From Phoronis australis (Eukaryota > Animalia > Phoronida): 64,000 bases of DNA. The position numbers and the translations under genes are program-made. The stretch is from assembly GCA_002633005.1 (NCBI GenBank), contig NMRA01000232.1, forward strand, positions 84,826 to 148,825. The letters run 5' to 3'. Positions 12,101 through 27,100 of this stretch are shown in pieces (within the stretch, counting starts at the first letter, position 1; every line of letters begins with the position of its first letter). The notes beneath the pieces are model-generated. The model ran no database searches. It had not been told where the DNA came from and was given only the letters and a program-made list of their open reading frames with translations.

Positions 12101-15100
12101 ACTAAGACAGAACCGAAAATGTATAGAATATGTTGCAGTCATCGATTTTAAATTGAAAGTTAGTCGAAAACTATCTTCTCATGACGCAGCAGTAACTGAC
12201 AAGTAAAAATGATCAACGCTGTGAGGGACTCTCACATTAGAGGGGTTGAGAGAGGCGTGCCCGCGCTACCTTGGTTACAAATACGTTTCCCTTCTGCACA
12301 ATTCATCACCTCAGGGTAAGAACATTTGTACTCTGAGAGATAATTTTTGTTTTGTGCCGGGCTATCAGTGTCATTGTCACGAGAGTCTAGCAAAAGAGGT
12401 TTTGTCTCGCGAGGTTCTTTTCGCCAGCCCAGCCTGTCCATCATGCAACAGAAAGTCCTTTGGCAGATCAAGACAGACATAGAACAATAAAACTTTCAAC
12501 ATTACGACAGACATACTTTCATGACGTCGATGTATGTCTCCGCTTTCTGCGTCGTAAATCCTTTGTGTGTCCGCAAGATCTCAACAATTGAGATGTGCAC
12601 ATCTTCAGCAAGCTGAACACCTCCACACACATAGACGTGGCCTTTCCGCTCAACAATTTTTTCAGCAACATTTTTTCCATCTTCTTCCAAGATTTGCTGT
12701 ACGTATTTCTTAAATCAAATAATATACAAGTTACAAATAACTCGGTGAACTTTAAAAGTCGGAAACATTTCAGGACAAAAAAAATAATGAGTAAGTTAGG
12801 ATTCACATTTAATGGCCAAGACAAGATTTTCAGTGTCACAGGTAAGTATCAGTTGTCACAGCTTTCTGTTGCTTTTTCCATGTATAAGTCAAATCAATTT
12901 TGCTTTTGTCACATATGCATGACATAATGTTTGTCAGCGATAACGGTTGAATGCAATGATTTTACTCTTTAGGAAAAAGGATCTACCACTTGATGCGGCA
13001 TAAAATAACCGTAAACACAACAACACAAACTACTAACAGATTACATTCATGTGTGATGAGTATTGTCTCAGGATGATCAACGAAAATTAGTTTTACACGG
13101 AGTTGAGTACATCAGTTACTTTTAAGCACATTATTGTAAAGCAGGCTATGATTCCGACATTTATGTTTGATCAACAGTATCCTATAGGCTGTATTTAAAT
13201 TACTGAGGTGTTAACTTCATCCAGCCACTTTAAGTTATTCAATTGCTTGACTCCTCGTCATCACCATCTCCATCTTCTTTTTTCACCTTTTTAAACAAAT
13301 CTCCCATTTCTCATCGACAAACAAAAAATAACATGACAGACTAGATTTTGAAAACTCACAAAATGTTACAGAATCTCAGGCAAGCAAGTTTTGTCACAGA
13401 TTGTCAACATGTCACAGGGTATCAATAAGAGTGCCAGCAGTCTTAATGTGGATTAAATATGCTTGAAACAATCTAGTCATGCATCAAATTTTACTTCGAA
13501 CAAGTAGGTGAGAATCACACTGAATACATCTTATTACCGTGTTTCATCTTTAATTTCAACAATTGCTTTTTTGTCTGACGAGATATTATACGGATTGTAT
13601 TGACGACCGCGGATAGGCCACGCCTACCATAACTATCGTTGCGAGGCCTCACAAGCCCAATATGGTGGAAGTCGTATAGCGTACTACAGCATCAAGTTCT
13701 CTGCATTTCTGTTTTATAACATTTCACTGAAACTGATTCCACATATGGAGCGTGAGCAGCAAACTAGGTTAATAACGTTCTGTGTGCCATCAACACCCAC
13801 AGTACCTCGTTTAATTGTCAATAGACATTATGTACTATTAAATATTTTTTAAACGCCATGAAGATGAATTTCTTTCACATTGTGCTTGATCATCACCGAT
13901 GCACGATAACACTCCATGCTTATCCAGGCGTATATTTATCTAACCACCGTTGAAGTCTACTTCGTGTTTTTATCGGCGACAGGCACTTTTCCTTTTTTGT
14001 TCTCTAAATATCGTTGGCGTACATTACACGTGCCCCAAGCGCACAATAAAGCCACCTTTACGCTTTCGCTCACAACCAATCATTGTGGGACAAAGATGAC
14101 AGACAACATGCTGCCGCGAGATGATTGGCTGGAATTCAGCTTGATTGGCATGTCGGCACCATACGTTCTCTTGTGTTTAATATGCTATGTTTATTGCTCT
14201 TCTACCAGAAAGTTGAGCGCTAATAATAAGCCCAATTATCATACTGGAAATGAAATTTGCAGTAAATGTACTAACTATCAAAATAATGAAGAAAGTAGTA
14301 ATTTAACAATGTTAACGATAAGGCACGATGAAGGCGACAACGACAACGGAAACCATGGTGACAGCAATCGTGAAAATGATATTCGAACAATACTGCTATC
14401 ATTCACAATATAATAATACCAATAGCCATAAAATATGTAAAAATTATAACGATGAACACCTTTTTGATACCAGGCTCTCTTGAGTAGGCCACGTGAACAT
14501 TTTGTAAAGCTCCTGCATTTTTTGCATTCTCCATCTCTTCTTCGTATAAATGAGTTTCCTTGGTGCGGCATCCAAATATTAGAGTCGTGTCATATATCTC
14601 GTTGCCAATTCGACCTTATGAAAACAAGTGTACAAATAAGAGAAGCAGAACATAGATTGCATACATAAAAACATCTTGGTGAACGTAACTTTAGAGCGTT
14701 CTCAAACTTAAATTTGAATGCATATCGTATTTATAAAATTCCAAAGTAATTCAATGAATGAGGTTGATGTTGCTTGTGACGTTAATCGTCGGCGTTTGAC
14801 TTGTGCGCCCGTGCGCAAAAGGCAAAAAAATTCAGAAAAGTCAAAAGTTCTGTCAAAACACCCCAATTTTTCACAAAAGACATGGTGTCGACTTCGTGTA
14901 CAAGTATTCAAAGTGTGTAGACGGATCTTTAGAAGCCAAATCTGTGCCGAAACTCGCTGCCGATCAAAACAAACATTCCAGCAAATTTAAGAAAGTGACG
15001 AAATGCTCTGTGACTACACAATGTCCATGCTTTCTTAGCGTTGTGAAAATTTGTCTTCTGAGATCGCACATTTGTTGTATCCTTTACATGTTGTTCTCTC

Positions 15101-18100
15101 TTGTTATTATTTGTCAGAGTATACAAAACTGGCAGTATTTATGCTACGGTTCCACACCAAGACGAATGACAAGATAGAAGAATGTGGCTATCATTTCCAA
15201 GGTTATGAAAGACGTTCTCGACTAATTTGTGCATTTAGTCAAATATCTACAAAAATATAGATTTTAACCATTAGTAAAAGTATATTTTATCTAAAAGTAG
15301 AAAGCCTGTAGAGATAGACGTTTGACCATATACTAGTCATCCATTATTTGGCCATGTAACTATGTCTTTTAGTAAAACTTACCAAAAAGAAAGGTACATA
15401 AACAGCAAAAATGACGAAATTTTCTTTATTATAAATGCTCAAGTTGAAATCTCGAAAACGCTGTTACAGTTTTCTAAATTACCGTTTCATGAATACCATA
15501 AAAGCACTATTTTTCGTAGCCATTCATGAGAAAGTGAAACGTTTTTAAAAACCTTACCTAACAACGTTTTAAAAAGCAGTGCATAAATCATGAAATCTGA
15601 AAATTTCATATGGGTCCAATCAACATTTTTGAGATACGATGCTCCGAAGTTTGAGGAGACAGTGTGGCGTGATGGTTTCAAACTCAAACTCCCGTTTGCG
15701 AGGCCGTGGTTCAAATCTTGGCTTTATTTGTAAACAACCAAGTATTGCATAAAGGCCTCTCCTGCTCCACTGAGCTCGGTCTCAAAGATTATATGCGAAG
15801 GAGTGGATGAGAACCTGGATATATTTCAAAGGTGATTTCTGGAGATGCGCTAAAAAGTTTTCTAGATTTAAAGATTTCTCTAAGGTGTTACAGTGTATAA
15901 CCTTCAATTAAAATAACCAGGTTACCTTTCAAGTTGTGAGCAAGGTGCTGCCAAAATCCCCTGATAGGTGCTATACCAGAACCAACAGCTAAGAAGATGA
16001 TTGGAACTGTTAATTCCGAGGGCATATTGAAGTCAGGTGAGCTGAAAACAGGGAAGGATGATGAAAATAGGGAGTAAACAACATGCGGTAGTAGTATGAT
16101 TAAACTAAACATTTTTGATAAAAATATTGCCTCAAACCTGAAAAGGTCTGCAAAACACTCTTAGTGGATATTTTTTCTTTTTCATTACTACACAGCTTAC
16201 CTCCATCTCTCGTTTCTGCACGATATCACTTTTTAGTAAAGTCAACTTCGGAGAGTATATTTAATTCAACTAGTGCACAAAGTTATACGTGGTCAAATGA
16301 TTACAAATTACATAACCCGCTTTGTATTCACAGACAATCCATTTTTAAATTAAACTTACAACACAGTTTTCTTTCTTCCTGCAAAAATAACAGCTTTTGC
16401 TGAAAGAAAGTACTTACGGTTTAACGAAGATGGGTATTTTCTCGCCAATGGACACTTTTTTAAGAAAGTTTGTGGCGACGCCCTGTCGATGAGGCCTTGG
16501 CGAATCTATGATGGAGAAATTGATGGATGTATTCCAGCCTTTGGTGACAAAATTAAGTGAACAAGAACTAGCTTGTCCTCCCAGCACTTTAAATATCTTC
16601 AGATTTATCGTTCTAGTACTGAATTTTGAATGTTTACATTTGGTTTTTCTTGTCCAGATTTTGATTCTTTTCCTTTAGTACGTTTAACAAGTGCTTTCAT
16701 TGTTAGTGAAAGTCAATGTTTAACTTATTTTCTCGTAAATATTGTACTATTTCAAACCAGGATGACTTCTGTATTGACTTGCTTTTCAAGAGGACTTTCG
16801 CAAGAAACACGATACAATACAAGGTAATACAATACAATACAATACACTGAAACATAATACACTACAATACAATACAATACAATGCAATACAATACAATAC
16901 AATACAATAAAAAAGAATACACAGTTGATATTAAAACACCATCCTCAGCTGAAAAAAAACACTGGCTATCTTGCTAAGCCCAACAACAAGTAAAGATACA
17001 CAGTCAGCTACAGGAGAGTTACAATAGACTAGACTAACAATGACAACCTGTGGTGTGCCAGTGGCCTATTGAGACTGGGCTTACACCAATTAATATCTGG
17101 GGCCTCACGACTTTTCAGCTTCCTTGTTGTTTCTGCTTGGTCTGTTATAGCAAAGTCACTGAAACAACTTTGTTAATAACAATGTTTGGAGCTCTGTAGA
17201 TGAATATTAATATGTGAACTTCTGTCAAAATTTAGATATTCCCTGGTCCAAGTTTTCAAATGGTGAATAGTTTCACCAATGTAACTGGAGTCACATCCAG
17301 CACAGATAAACGTGTATACTACCCTGGACAGTAGACCCATAGGAATTTTGTCCTTGGTAATAATTCACCAATTTGTTGAGTTTTCGTTGAGCAATCTTTG
17401 CGTAAAAACCAGCATTGGGTGTTTTAAAATACCAATTTATGTGTGTTGGGTGTGGCTGCACTTTCAACTAATTTGAAAACCCAGAGCAGGGAAGTTCTAA
17501 ATTCTGACAAAATTTCACATATTAAAACTCATGTGCAGAGCTCCAATCATTGTTACGAGCAATGCTCTTTCAATGACTTTGCTATAATAGACCAAGCAGA
17601 AGCAACAAGGGAGCTGAAAATTCGTTAGGCTCTACATATCAACTGGAGTAAGCCCAGTCCCAATAGACACTTTAGGTTGTCATTGTTAGTCTAGTCTACT
17701 GTTACTCCCTGTAACTGACCGTGTCTGTATATCATCATTTGTTGATGGACCTATATTTAGTACTGTGGCCACTGTTTTTGCTTCTGGGGTTGTTGTTCTA
17801 ATAAACATGTCAAGCCGATTTAAATCCATCAATGTTCTTAACATCATATACTACTACTTGCTATCATGGAAAACAATACAATGCAATGCAATTCAATAAA
17901 ATTCAAATCAAAATAAACAAGTCTTGGAAATAAATGATAATGATAATAACATACAAGACAAGTTATAAATAAGGGCATTTCAATATTGAATTACATAATA
18001 ATTAGAGTAGCAGAGTGCTACGATTGGATTTGCATGTGAAGAAGCATGACAAAGGGCTTGACACATGCGTTGCATTGTGGGTAAATACATGTACCTTCGA

Positions 18101-21100
18101 ATGAGAGTGGTTGTGTGCTATTTCAGGACCGACATATTGTAGTTGAGCATTCCATGCGTTATGCGACAGAAAAATGTTGATGCCTGTAAATATTATATGG
18201 TGAAAACTTCATACATTTATTTATGTCTCATTTAATTATTCAACGTACTTGGAACGTCGTAGCTGACTACGGAGAATGTCAGTGTCATTTCATTTGGCGT
18301 GACTCTCGGAGACGAGCTGACAGAATACAGTCGAGGCTGAAGGACGGGTAACTGGGTGAGGAGAAGTGTAGGGTCAAGGATGAGGGACGGGAATTCGACC
18401 AACACATCGACAACTGATGACGCTTTTTGTTGTCTCCATCGCGTGAACTGGGATTTACCCTGCAACAAACCACGTAAATTTTATAAACCCTATTCTACAC
18501 AACGTGTACATTTGGAAGTCAGTGAAATCTCGGAATTGGCAGTTTGAAGATTTTGCAAATGTGATCTTACTAAAAGTTATACCGTGTTACGCGCCTTTAG
18601 GCCCCTAGGCGGGGTTATATCAAAATAACGCTTTTGTTCGCGACCTCTTTTACCCAAGTGGTTCGCATATAAGCCCAGGTAATGTCCCCTGCATAGGCTC
18701 AAACATTGATTTGCATGTAGGCGCACCCATTTTGACTACCGCTGTGCCTACTAATGGAAATTTTTTACGTCTGATAGGTAGCTTTGGCGTATTTTCAAGA
18801 AATTTGGTTGGGGAATAGTTTTGTATTACCGTAGTGCCGCGCAGACGTCCATGGGCACTTCTGTAACATAGTCTTTGAAGAGTAGTTTAATATACCAGTT
18901 TTTATTGCACTGCCTATTTGGCAGTTGTGCTTGTGTTTCATGTTTAAATTTTACGGACTGGGAAGTAGAAAAGGAGAACAAGAATGCGATGACGAATCTC
19001 TGGGAAATGCTGATAATACGTGAGAGTGTGAACTGAATTATACCCTAACGATATGCTCTTCACCGAGCGGAAAAGGCAATTCACTACAAACTGGAAAGAT
19101 TGCAACAGGATTCCATGTACATACCTCGAAACAGATATGACAACGTATTAGGTTGCTTTCACTTGACTTTCTTTGCTCTTACCTTGGACAACACCTTTAG
19201 TTTCGATTTCTCTGAGGAATTTCTCGTCAACAGAGCAAGGCAGCCTAAGAACTCCGGTGTAGGAGGAGTAGTGATGTCGAGATACTGAGTCAAGGCAGTG
19301 CGTAAACTGCAGGCCGGCAGCCTAGTGCTTTCTAGAATTAAATGATAAATTACGTGCGTCTTTCAGAAAGTTCCTAAAATTACGATTTTGCGAAGTCAGC
19401 ATGTTCATTTTTTCAAGCAGGTCGTTCAGTGTGTCGCATCCTCGTGAAAAACATGCGACGGCCTAATGAATGCGACGTAAGCAGTTCCTCAACAGAATTA
19501 ACGGGAGACAGTTCCAAGACATCACAGTGGCGGATCTAGGATATCACAAAGGGGGGGCAACATTTTGTCTGGCTGTAAGCATTTGCGCAAATCACGATTG
19601 TAGATGCGCATAGCACCGAATGGGGGGAGGTCGGCAGGGGACAAACCCCCTCCCGCCCAGGAAATTTTCCTGTTCTTTCCTCTAAAAATCAAGCATTTTC
19701 CTTGATTCCTGAAGTACTATACAAAAAGGGCAAGAAAAAAAAAAAAAAAAAAAACACGAAGAACAACGTGTCAAGCAGGAAAAACTGCAAATTAATACCA
19801 GCGACTCGAACTCACCAACTGGCGGATAGAGCGCGCGTGCTTTACCACTACACCACCACGACTTAACTACAAATCTTACTACAAAGAGACCTACTTGTTT
19901 ATAGTCCACAGCGTTTGGGCGCGAAACCTACTTCTTTTTGCAATGCACGTTTTATATTTTGTGCAATCGATTCTTAACAAACTTGTTGTATTTTTAATGC
20001 CCAAAAGACCAAATCCGTTTTTCGTTTTGGCAATAATGACGGGATTGCTTTGGAAATCGTCTCAAGTTAAGGTTTGACAAAGAGAGAATTATGAGTTTCT
20101 GAGTGATGATCAGTAAGGCTTCGATTAAAATGCACATCTTACCAGCAGCTTCTGTTTTTTCATCGTCACTACATTTTCTTTAAAAAATGAAGTAAAATTT
20201 CTTCCTTGCACAGTGGAGCAGACGACGGAAACGGAGTCGTAGTGCGCAGCGCCACTACCGGTCGCCTGGGATATCGCGGGAGAGCCTATACTTAGCCATA
20301 GTTCCGTTACGAATGCGCCGTGTTCCGAATTTGACACTTGAAATTGGATCTGAGCCCCCCCCCAAACACTAAAACTGCACACATTTAAATCTTGTTTCAT
20401 CCGTATAATTTTAATTACCGAGGTAAATTAATAAACTCAACATTTCCCAACGCTCTTGCTGTTTTATTTTTTTTCGGCAGCCAAGGGGGGGGGGGGCGGG
20501 CCCCCTGCCCCCCCTAAATCCGCCAATGGGTCATAAGGGCCTTTCATACTAACGTTGACGCGTCGATGGTTTGGGGAGTTGCGGTCAGTATGAACGTTTA
20601 ACTCCGGTCCTGGATCGAAGTTAACAGCTCCAGTTAACGTCGCAGTTGACAGGTGGATTTAACAGTGCAGCGTCGACGCTGCGGTGCAGAATGAACGATT
20701 AACTTCGGTCCAATCGAAGTTATCACCAGATGCCACAGTTACCGTCAACAATTACAGGGAAGTGCTGTCACTAATAGCTGCATTTGCTCTAATAGCAACC
20801 AATCGATTTAAAAATAAGTTTAATGTCAATTAGCACAACCAATCGATTTAAAAATAAGTTTAATGTCAATAAGCACATGTAAATGTTCCCAAATTGTCAC
20901 ATTGAAAAAATCTTAGCGGGCAGCGCTACCTTGCGATAACTGTGATAACGACAGCGTCACGTCCCATTTACTTCGATGTTCATTAGCTACCAAAGCCAAT
21001 ATGAACGGTCCAGTTAAAGGAAAAGTCAACCTTTTTCATGTCATTTTTAACAAAAATAAGGTTCTTTGATTGCAATTTTTCGTAATTTAATTAATTATTC

Positions 21101-24100
21101 GTCCTTTACTCCGGAAGTGACGTTTTGGGAGGCAAGAATTTCGCGCCAATTGTTTTCCTATAGTGTAACTGTGACTATAGAGCTGTCAAGTCAGTCATTG
21201 TTATACCTCGGCAGTGACAAGTTCGGTCGTCGTTTGCTTTTGCTTTCGAGTCAGTCAACGTGCCACTGACACTGTTGCTGCGTACCAGGATGTACTCATT
21301 ATCGCCCAGAGCATGTAAGCAGCCCTGCAGCGATGTTGAGTAGAGGGAGTGAATACAGGGCCCGTTCGACACCAAGACAGTTCGTCGTCCAATGAATAGA
21401 TCGGTGAGCTAAACTTTGATAAGTTTATTGAGGACTTGTTTACAGTATTGGAGTTATTTAGAAGGTGCCTGGTGTGTGGCAAGGGAGTCACACGGCGGGA
21501 TGTAAACAGTTTGTGTGCTCAAGTCACCATCCAGTGTGAGTATGTCGCGGGACACTCGGGCAAGTGGGGCAATTGTTCCTCTGTCGGTGAGACGACAATG
21601 AGTGCAGTTCGGTACACAGCAACAGTGTGGCATGTTGACTGACTCGTAAACAAACTACTACCGAACTAATCACAACAGAGGTAGAACAATGACTGACTCG
21701 GCAGCTCTCACAGTCAGACTATATGAAAAGAAATTGGCGCGAAATACTTGCCTCCCAAAACGTCACTTCCTGAGTAAAGGACGAGTAATTGTTTAAATTA
21801 CAAAAAGCTGTAATTAAATAAAAAACATGTCTGTGATAATCAACGAACCTTATTTTTGCAAAAAGGTTGCCTTCGCCTTTAACTGCGCTGTATACGTCGA
21901 CGCTCCGCTCAGACCGGAGTTGAGTCAATATGAAAGGGCCTATACTGGTAGTTTGGTTGGATGAACATTCAGTGAGTATGGATTATAGAAAAATACAGGC
22001 TTTAACTCCAAGAAATGTTTTAAATGATATTACTCATTGATTGAGAAAACTCACTTGAAGAAGAACGCAGAACAGGCAAAAGTAAAACATATGATACTTA
22101 CGAAAAGTCTTTTGGGTGGCTTGGTTGTCGTTTATGTCAATTTGTGGCAACTCAACTATAACCGGTATATCACTATCAGCATCAGCGGCCAACCGTTTCA
22201 GGATCTCGGCCACCATCTCCGGGTCATTTTTTGGAAATATCGCTACATGGTCTCCCGGCTGGTAGGATACATGGTCGTCCAGTTTCAAACAAATGGACAT
22301 CTTCATATCACTAAGTTAAAATGGAAAAAGAAAATTGGAAATTTTTGAGTATTTTCATTAAATTTTAGGTTGCAAATTAGAGATGATAAACTCAAAATCA
22401 TGCTACTGTGTTAGAAATATCAAGGTCTGCCATGGAAAAAGTAGGTAGTTTTTCAAGTCATCATCTCAGGCCTCAGACTGTAGGCTCTTTGACAATAATA
22501 ATTTCACAGTTGGGGAACTACATCCACAAAAAGTAAAAATTTACCTTTGGCTTTGCGGTGGGTGCAAATCCAACTTGTTTACCACTTTTGCTTCAGAGAT
22601 GCGGTGTTGATAATGGTGAACAGTTTCCAGTCCTAAAATTTGTAAAAAATGTGCTGCTAAAAGGTGTGAGTATGTTAGGTTAGAGTGGACACAATTCCGA
22701 TTTTATATTCCGGAATTTATTACCAGGACGTTGATTCGATTTCATACCCTTGAATTATTTTGTTGTTGCGCCGAAAATACCGAGTCTAGCCCAGAGAGGA
22801 CAATTTCGAATTCATCTACACATATATCCCGAATATCTCTAACAAATTTATGGGATGACACAGAAATATGTTCACAAATACTTTGAAATATGGATACCAG
22901 AAAATGATTTACTGTATTCCAGGAGTCCCAAAGTTTTGCCTGTAAGACACAGAAGGCCAAATCAAACACAATTAAAATTTTCTACAGGCATAAAATACAA
23001 AACCAGTTCTTTTAAATGCTTTTCACCATGACCAATCACATATGTTGAAAATCTTCGATAACTGCACAAATGATGCGAAAACTCGAAAATTTTTGTTCCC
23101 TATACACTAAGAGTGGTACTGTTTCTAACTTCCACATACTCAAAACAAAATTTGGGATTCTTGAAAACATAATCAGTTTCAGTAAAACCGTATCTTGGGA
23201 TTCATACATGTATTTAAGACTATTTTTGTTAAAGCTTTGTGCCAGAAGTTGACTGTGTGTTTGTTTAAAAGGTAGCTATGCTTTGTGATTGTACGTGGAT
23301 GGAGAAAGAATGGCTAAATCTCTGACACTTTGGAGCACCCTGCATTCCAAATTTGCACTCTAAAAAATAACATACATGGGATATTAAATACATTCTATAC
23401 TCATTAATTATTATGTCAGTGCCCCGACAATTGATCCACACAAGAGATGTAACAGCGGAATAAAATCAAATTAATTTTCCCCATTAAAATTCAATTCTAA
23501 TTTGTCAATACTATTGGGGCACCAATTCCAAAATAAATGGGGATAAAAATTCCGTAATTGTGTCTGCTCTAATCCACCATAAACGTGCGTAGTAGATTCA
23601 CTAATCAAAAAGTTCCGAGATCCCTCCATCAAAGATTAGTTGGTCCCAATTGAGGATCTATATTTTTGAAAGCCTCGAACATGATCACCTGAGGGCCGAT
23701 GAGGTGGGTGGGGGGTGGGGGGCAATTGTCACTCCATGTGCCACGCGATTACATTTACGTTATTCAATTATAAAAGGATCAAATCGATAGAATGTGTAAC
23801 CGCGTACATGTACGCCTTTCTGCTCATCTCTCGAGGTGTCTATTTTTTCTCAAACATTTTCGGAAGCTTAAGTACTTCCGCGTTCAACAATGCCAAAATA
23901 CAAAACAAAGCACGGGACTAATGATATAACGAACCTTTGACGACCATTTCTTCGTTTTTTGCCGTAATTAAATGATATTTGCCCAGAGTCCACGTGTCTG
24001 TTGCAGAGTTACTGTTAATGACGTCATTTATTTCACGTTTCGTCTGAATATTGAACACTTTGCATGATGTCTGGAAATGAATTAAACAAAGAGCTAAGTG

Positions 24101-27100
24101 TTGCGTCTCATCTAACCACATGTACTGATGCACTGAACATAACTAGGAGAACACATAGGAGAGGTACATGGAAAATCACTGGTTGAGAAAGGAAATTATG
24201 TCAGTCACAGAAATACATTTTCTCATAGTTGGAATTAAGCATCATTAACGAGAGCAACGCAGAACGTTGAAATGCGCCCACGAATGCATCACAAATGGTG
24301 TGCTTTTAGGGTTGCTTATTTGTGCCATAAAAATGGCCACTAGATGGTGCAAAAACATACAATCCATCCAAAAACGAAAACATGTAATTGCTTCTTTAAT
24401 AGAAAGCTATACACCAAATTTCATAGAAATCCGAGAAACAAAGGAAAACATAATAAAATGAAATTGCCACTAGGGGCACAGTGTTCATTGGATCCGCCTG
24501 AAAGTCGTCATTGTCTGTTGTTATCTTCACACAAATACACTTACAAAATTTAATAAAGATCCTGCAGTGGGTTTAGGAGATACATCTATGGGCACAAAGC
24601 TACCACTAGGAGGCGCCAGAGAAGTCAAAGTCGCTATCATCAACGGCCGTCCTCTTCACACAAAACATTTACGCCAATTTTCTACACCATCCTTTGAATG
24701 ATTTGGTTGATAGAGAGGTAGAAGCCAAAAAACAGACTCGAAAACAGTAACAATGGCCACTAGGTGGCGCAAGGTACTTTGATTCCATCCGAAAACGGGA
24801 GTATATCAAATAAACACAGAAAAATCAGGAACCCCAACTGGGAATCGAACCACAGGTCTCTAGATTGCCGGTCTAGTGCTCTTACCACTGAGCTACTGAG
24901 GACTCGACATGTGCGCAATTACTGTTTACAGCCAACTGTTATGTCATACATCCCATGAGCGGCGTTTCGCCTTTTTCGCACGGGATTTGGACAAATATGT
25001 AATATACAATCAGCAAATTACCAGTATGTGTTAATTAGATATAGTAAATATATAGACGCTGAGGTTGGCCAGTAGTGAAATATATCAAATAAACACAGAA
25101 AAATCAGGAACCCCAACTGGGAATCGAACCACAGGTCTGTAGATTGCCGGTCTAGTGCTCTTACCACTGTCCAAATCCCGTGCGAAAAAGGCAAAACGCC
25201 GCTCATGGGATGTGTGACATAACAGTTGGCTGTAAACAGTAATTGCGCAGATATCGGGTCCTCAATAGTGTCCGTTCGATCCGCCTGAAAGTCGTCGTCT
25301 GTTATCTTCATATAAATTCACTTACTAAATTTAATAAAGATCCTGCAGTGGGTTTTGGATATACGGCAATGGGCGAAAAACAAAACAAAACTACCACTAG
25401 GAGGCGCCACAGTAGCCAGTCACCATCATCAAACGTCCCCTTCACACTGAAAACATATACGCCAATTATCAAAACCATCCCTAGAATGATTTGATTGATC
25501 GAGGGGTGGACGCCAAAAACAAGATTCGAAAACAGCAAAAATGGCCACTAGGTGGCGCAAAATACCTCGATTCCATCCAAAAACAGGATGATAGCGTCAT
25601 CTCACTAATAGATGCCTATAATTCAAATTTTTATGAAAATTTATTGAGGACCTTTGAAGATACAGACTGGTAAAGGTAAAAATTGCCCCTAGGGGACACA
25701 CCAGTTGTCAGATCCGTTGTCAACATCATATCAATACACTTAAGTAAAGATCCTGCAAACGGTTTAGGAGATACAGCCATGGGCGCAAATAAAAAACAAA
25801 ACAGCCACTAGGAGGCGCCACAGTAGTCGAACTAGTCGGAAAATCATCGTCAGCTGTCCACTTCCTATTAAAAACACATATGCCAATTTTCACACTTATC
25901 CTGAAAGCGGTTTGCTTGATAGACGAGTGGACACCAAAAACATACTTTAAAACAGTAAAAATGGCCAATAGATGGCGCAAACTAGGTCGAATCCATCTGA
26001 AAAGTCACCTCATTAAAAGATGCCACAAAAATGAAATTAAGTTGAGGACCTTTGAACGTACAAGGGTAAACGTAAAAAAAATAAAATTGCCACTAGGTGT
26101 CAGATCCGTCCGAAAGTCATCGTCGTCTGTTGTCAACATTATATAAATACACTTACTAAATTTAGTAAAGATCCTTCGAACGGTTTAGGAGATACAGCCA
26201 TAGGCGTAAAAAAACTGCCACTAGGAGGCGCCACAGTAGTCGCAATCATCGAAAAATCATCGTCAGCCGTCCACGTTATAGTAAGAACATACGTGCCAAT
26301 TTTCACAATCATCCTTTGAGCGGTTTCGTTAATTGAGGAGTGGACGCAAAAAACAGACTCGAAAACAGTAAAAATGGCCACTAGGTGGCGCAAACTACGT
26401 TGAATCCATCCGAAAACGGCAGGACAGCGTTATCTCACTAATAGGTGCCTATATACCAAATTTTACGAAAATCCGTTAAGGACTTTTGAACATACAGAGG
26501 TAAACGTAAAAAATTAAAATTGCCACTAGGGGGCACACCGGTAGTTGGATCCGTCCGAAAGTTCGTTCATGCCGTCCCATCCACAGAAGGAACACATGTG
26601 CAAAATTTCATGAACATACGTCAAGGCGTTTTGGAGATAGAGCAGCGGACGCCGGACGCCGGACACCGGACGCCGAAAGCCGGTCGCCGGACGGTCGGAC
26701 TGACGGACGGAGATGACGGCATAATGCGTTCACATATAAATATGTGGGCGCATAATAAATGCACTTACAAAATTTTGTAAAGATGCTGCAAACGGTTTAG
26801 GAGATATAGCCATAGGTGCAAAAAAAAACAAAACTGCCACTAGGAGGCGCCACAGTAGTTGAAGTCGGAAAATAATCGTCAACCGTCCTCTTCATAGACC
26901 CTATTCACGCCGACAGGAGGTGCGTTCCAAAACGAGGCTCGCTACGATAGCTCTGGTGGCTTATCCGCGTAATTGTACTCCGCGTTGCTCGAACAGCTAG
27001 AAAAAATATGGACACTCTGTTTTACAATCCCTAAGGACGTTGGGATCCGGAAGCGTTGGGTCCTTGCCATACGCCGCGACGAAGAAAAATATGTCCGTGT

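Noticed and set aside
13916-14413. 165-aa plus-strand ORF antisense within a NOS intron
   Set aside because: No recognisable domain; it ends in degenerate trinucleotide-like low-complexity sequence.
24480-26900. Regularly recurring CCACTAG..GGCGC motifs resembling a CRISPR array
   Set aside because: The intervening sequences are themselves repeated as roughly 400-bp units, the context is eukaryotic, and there are no cas genes.
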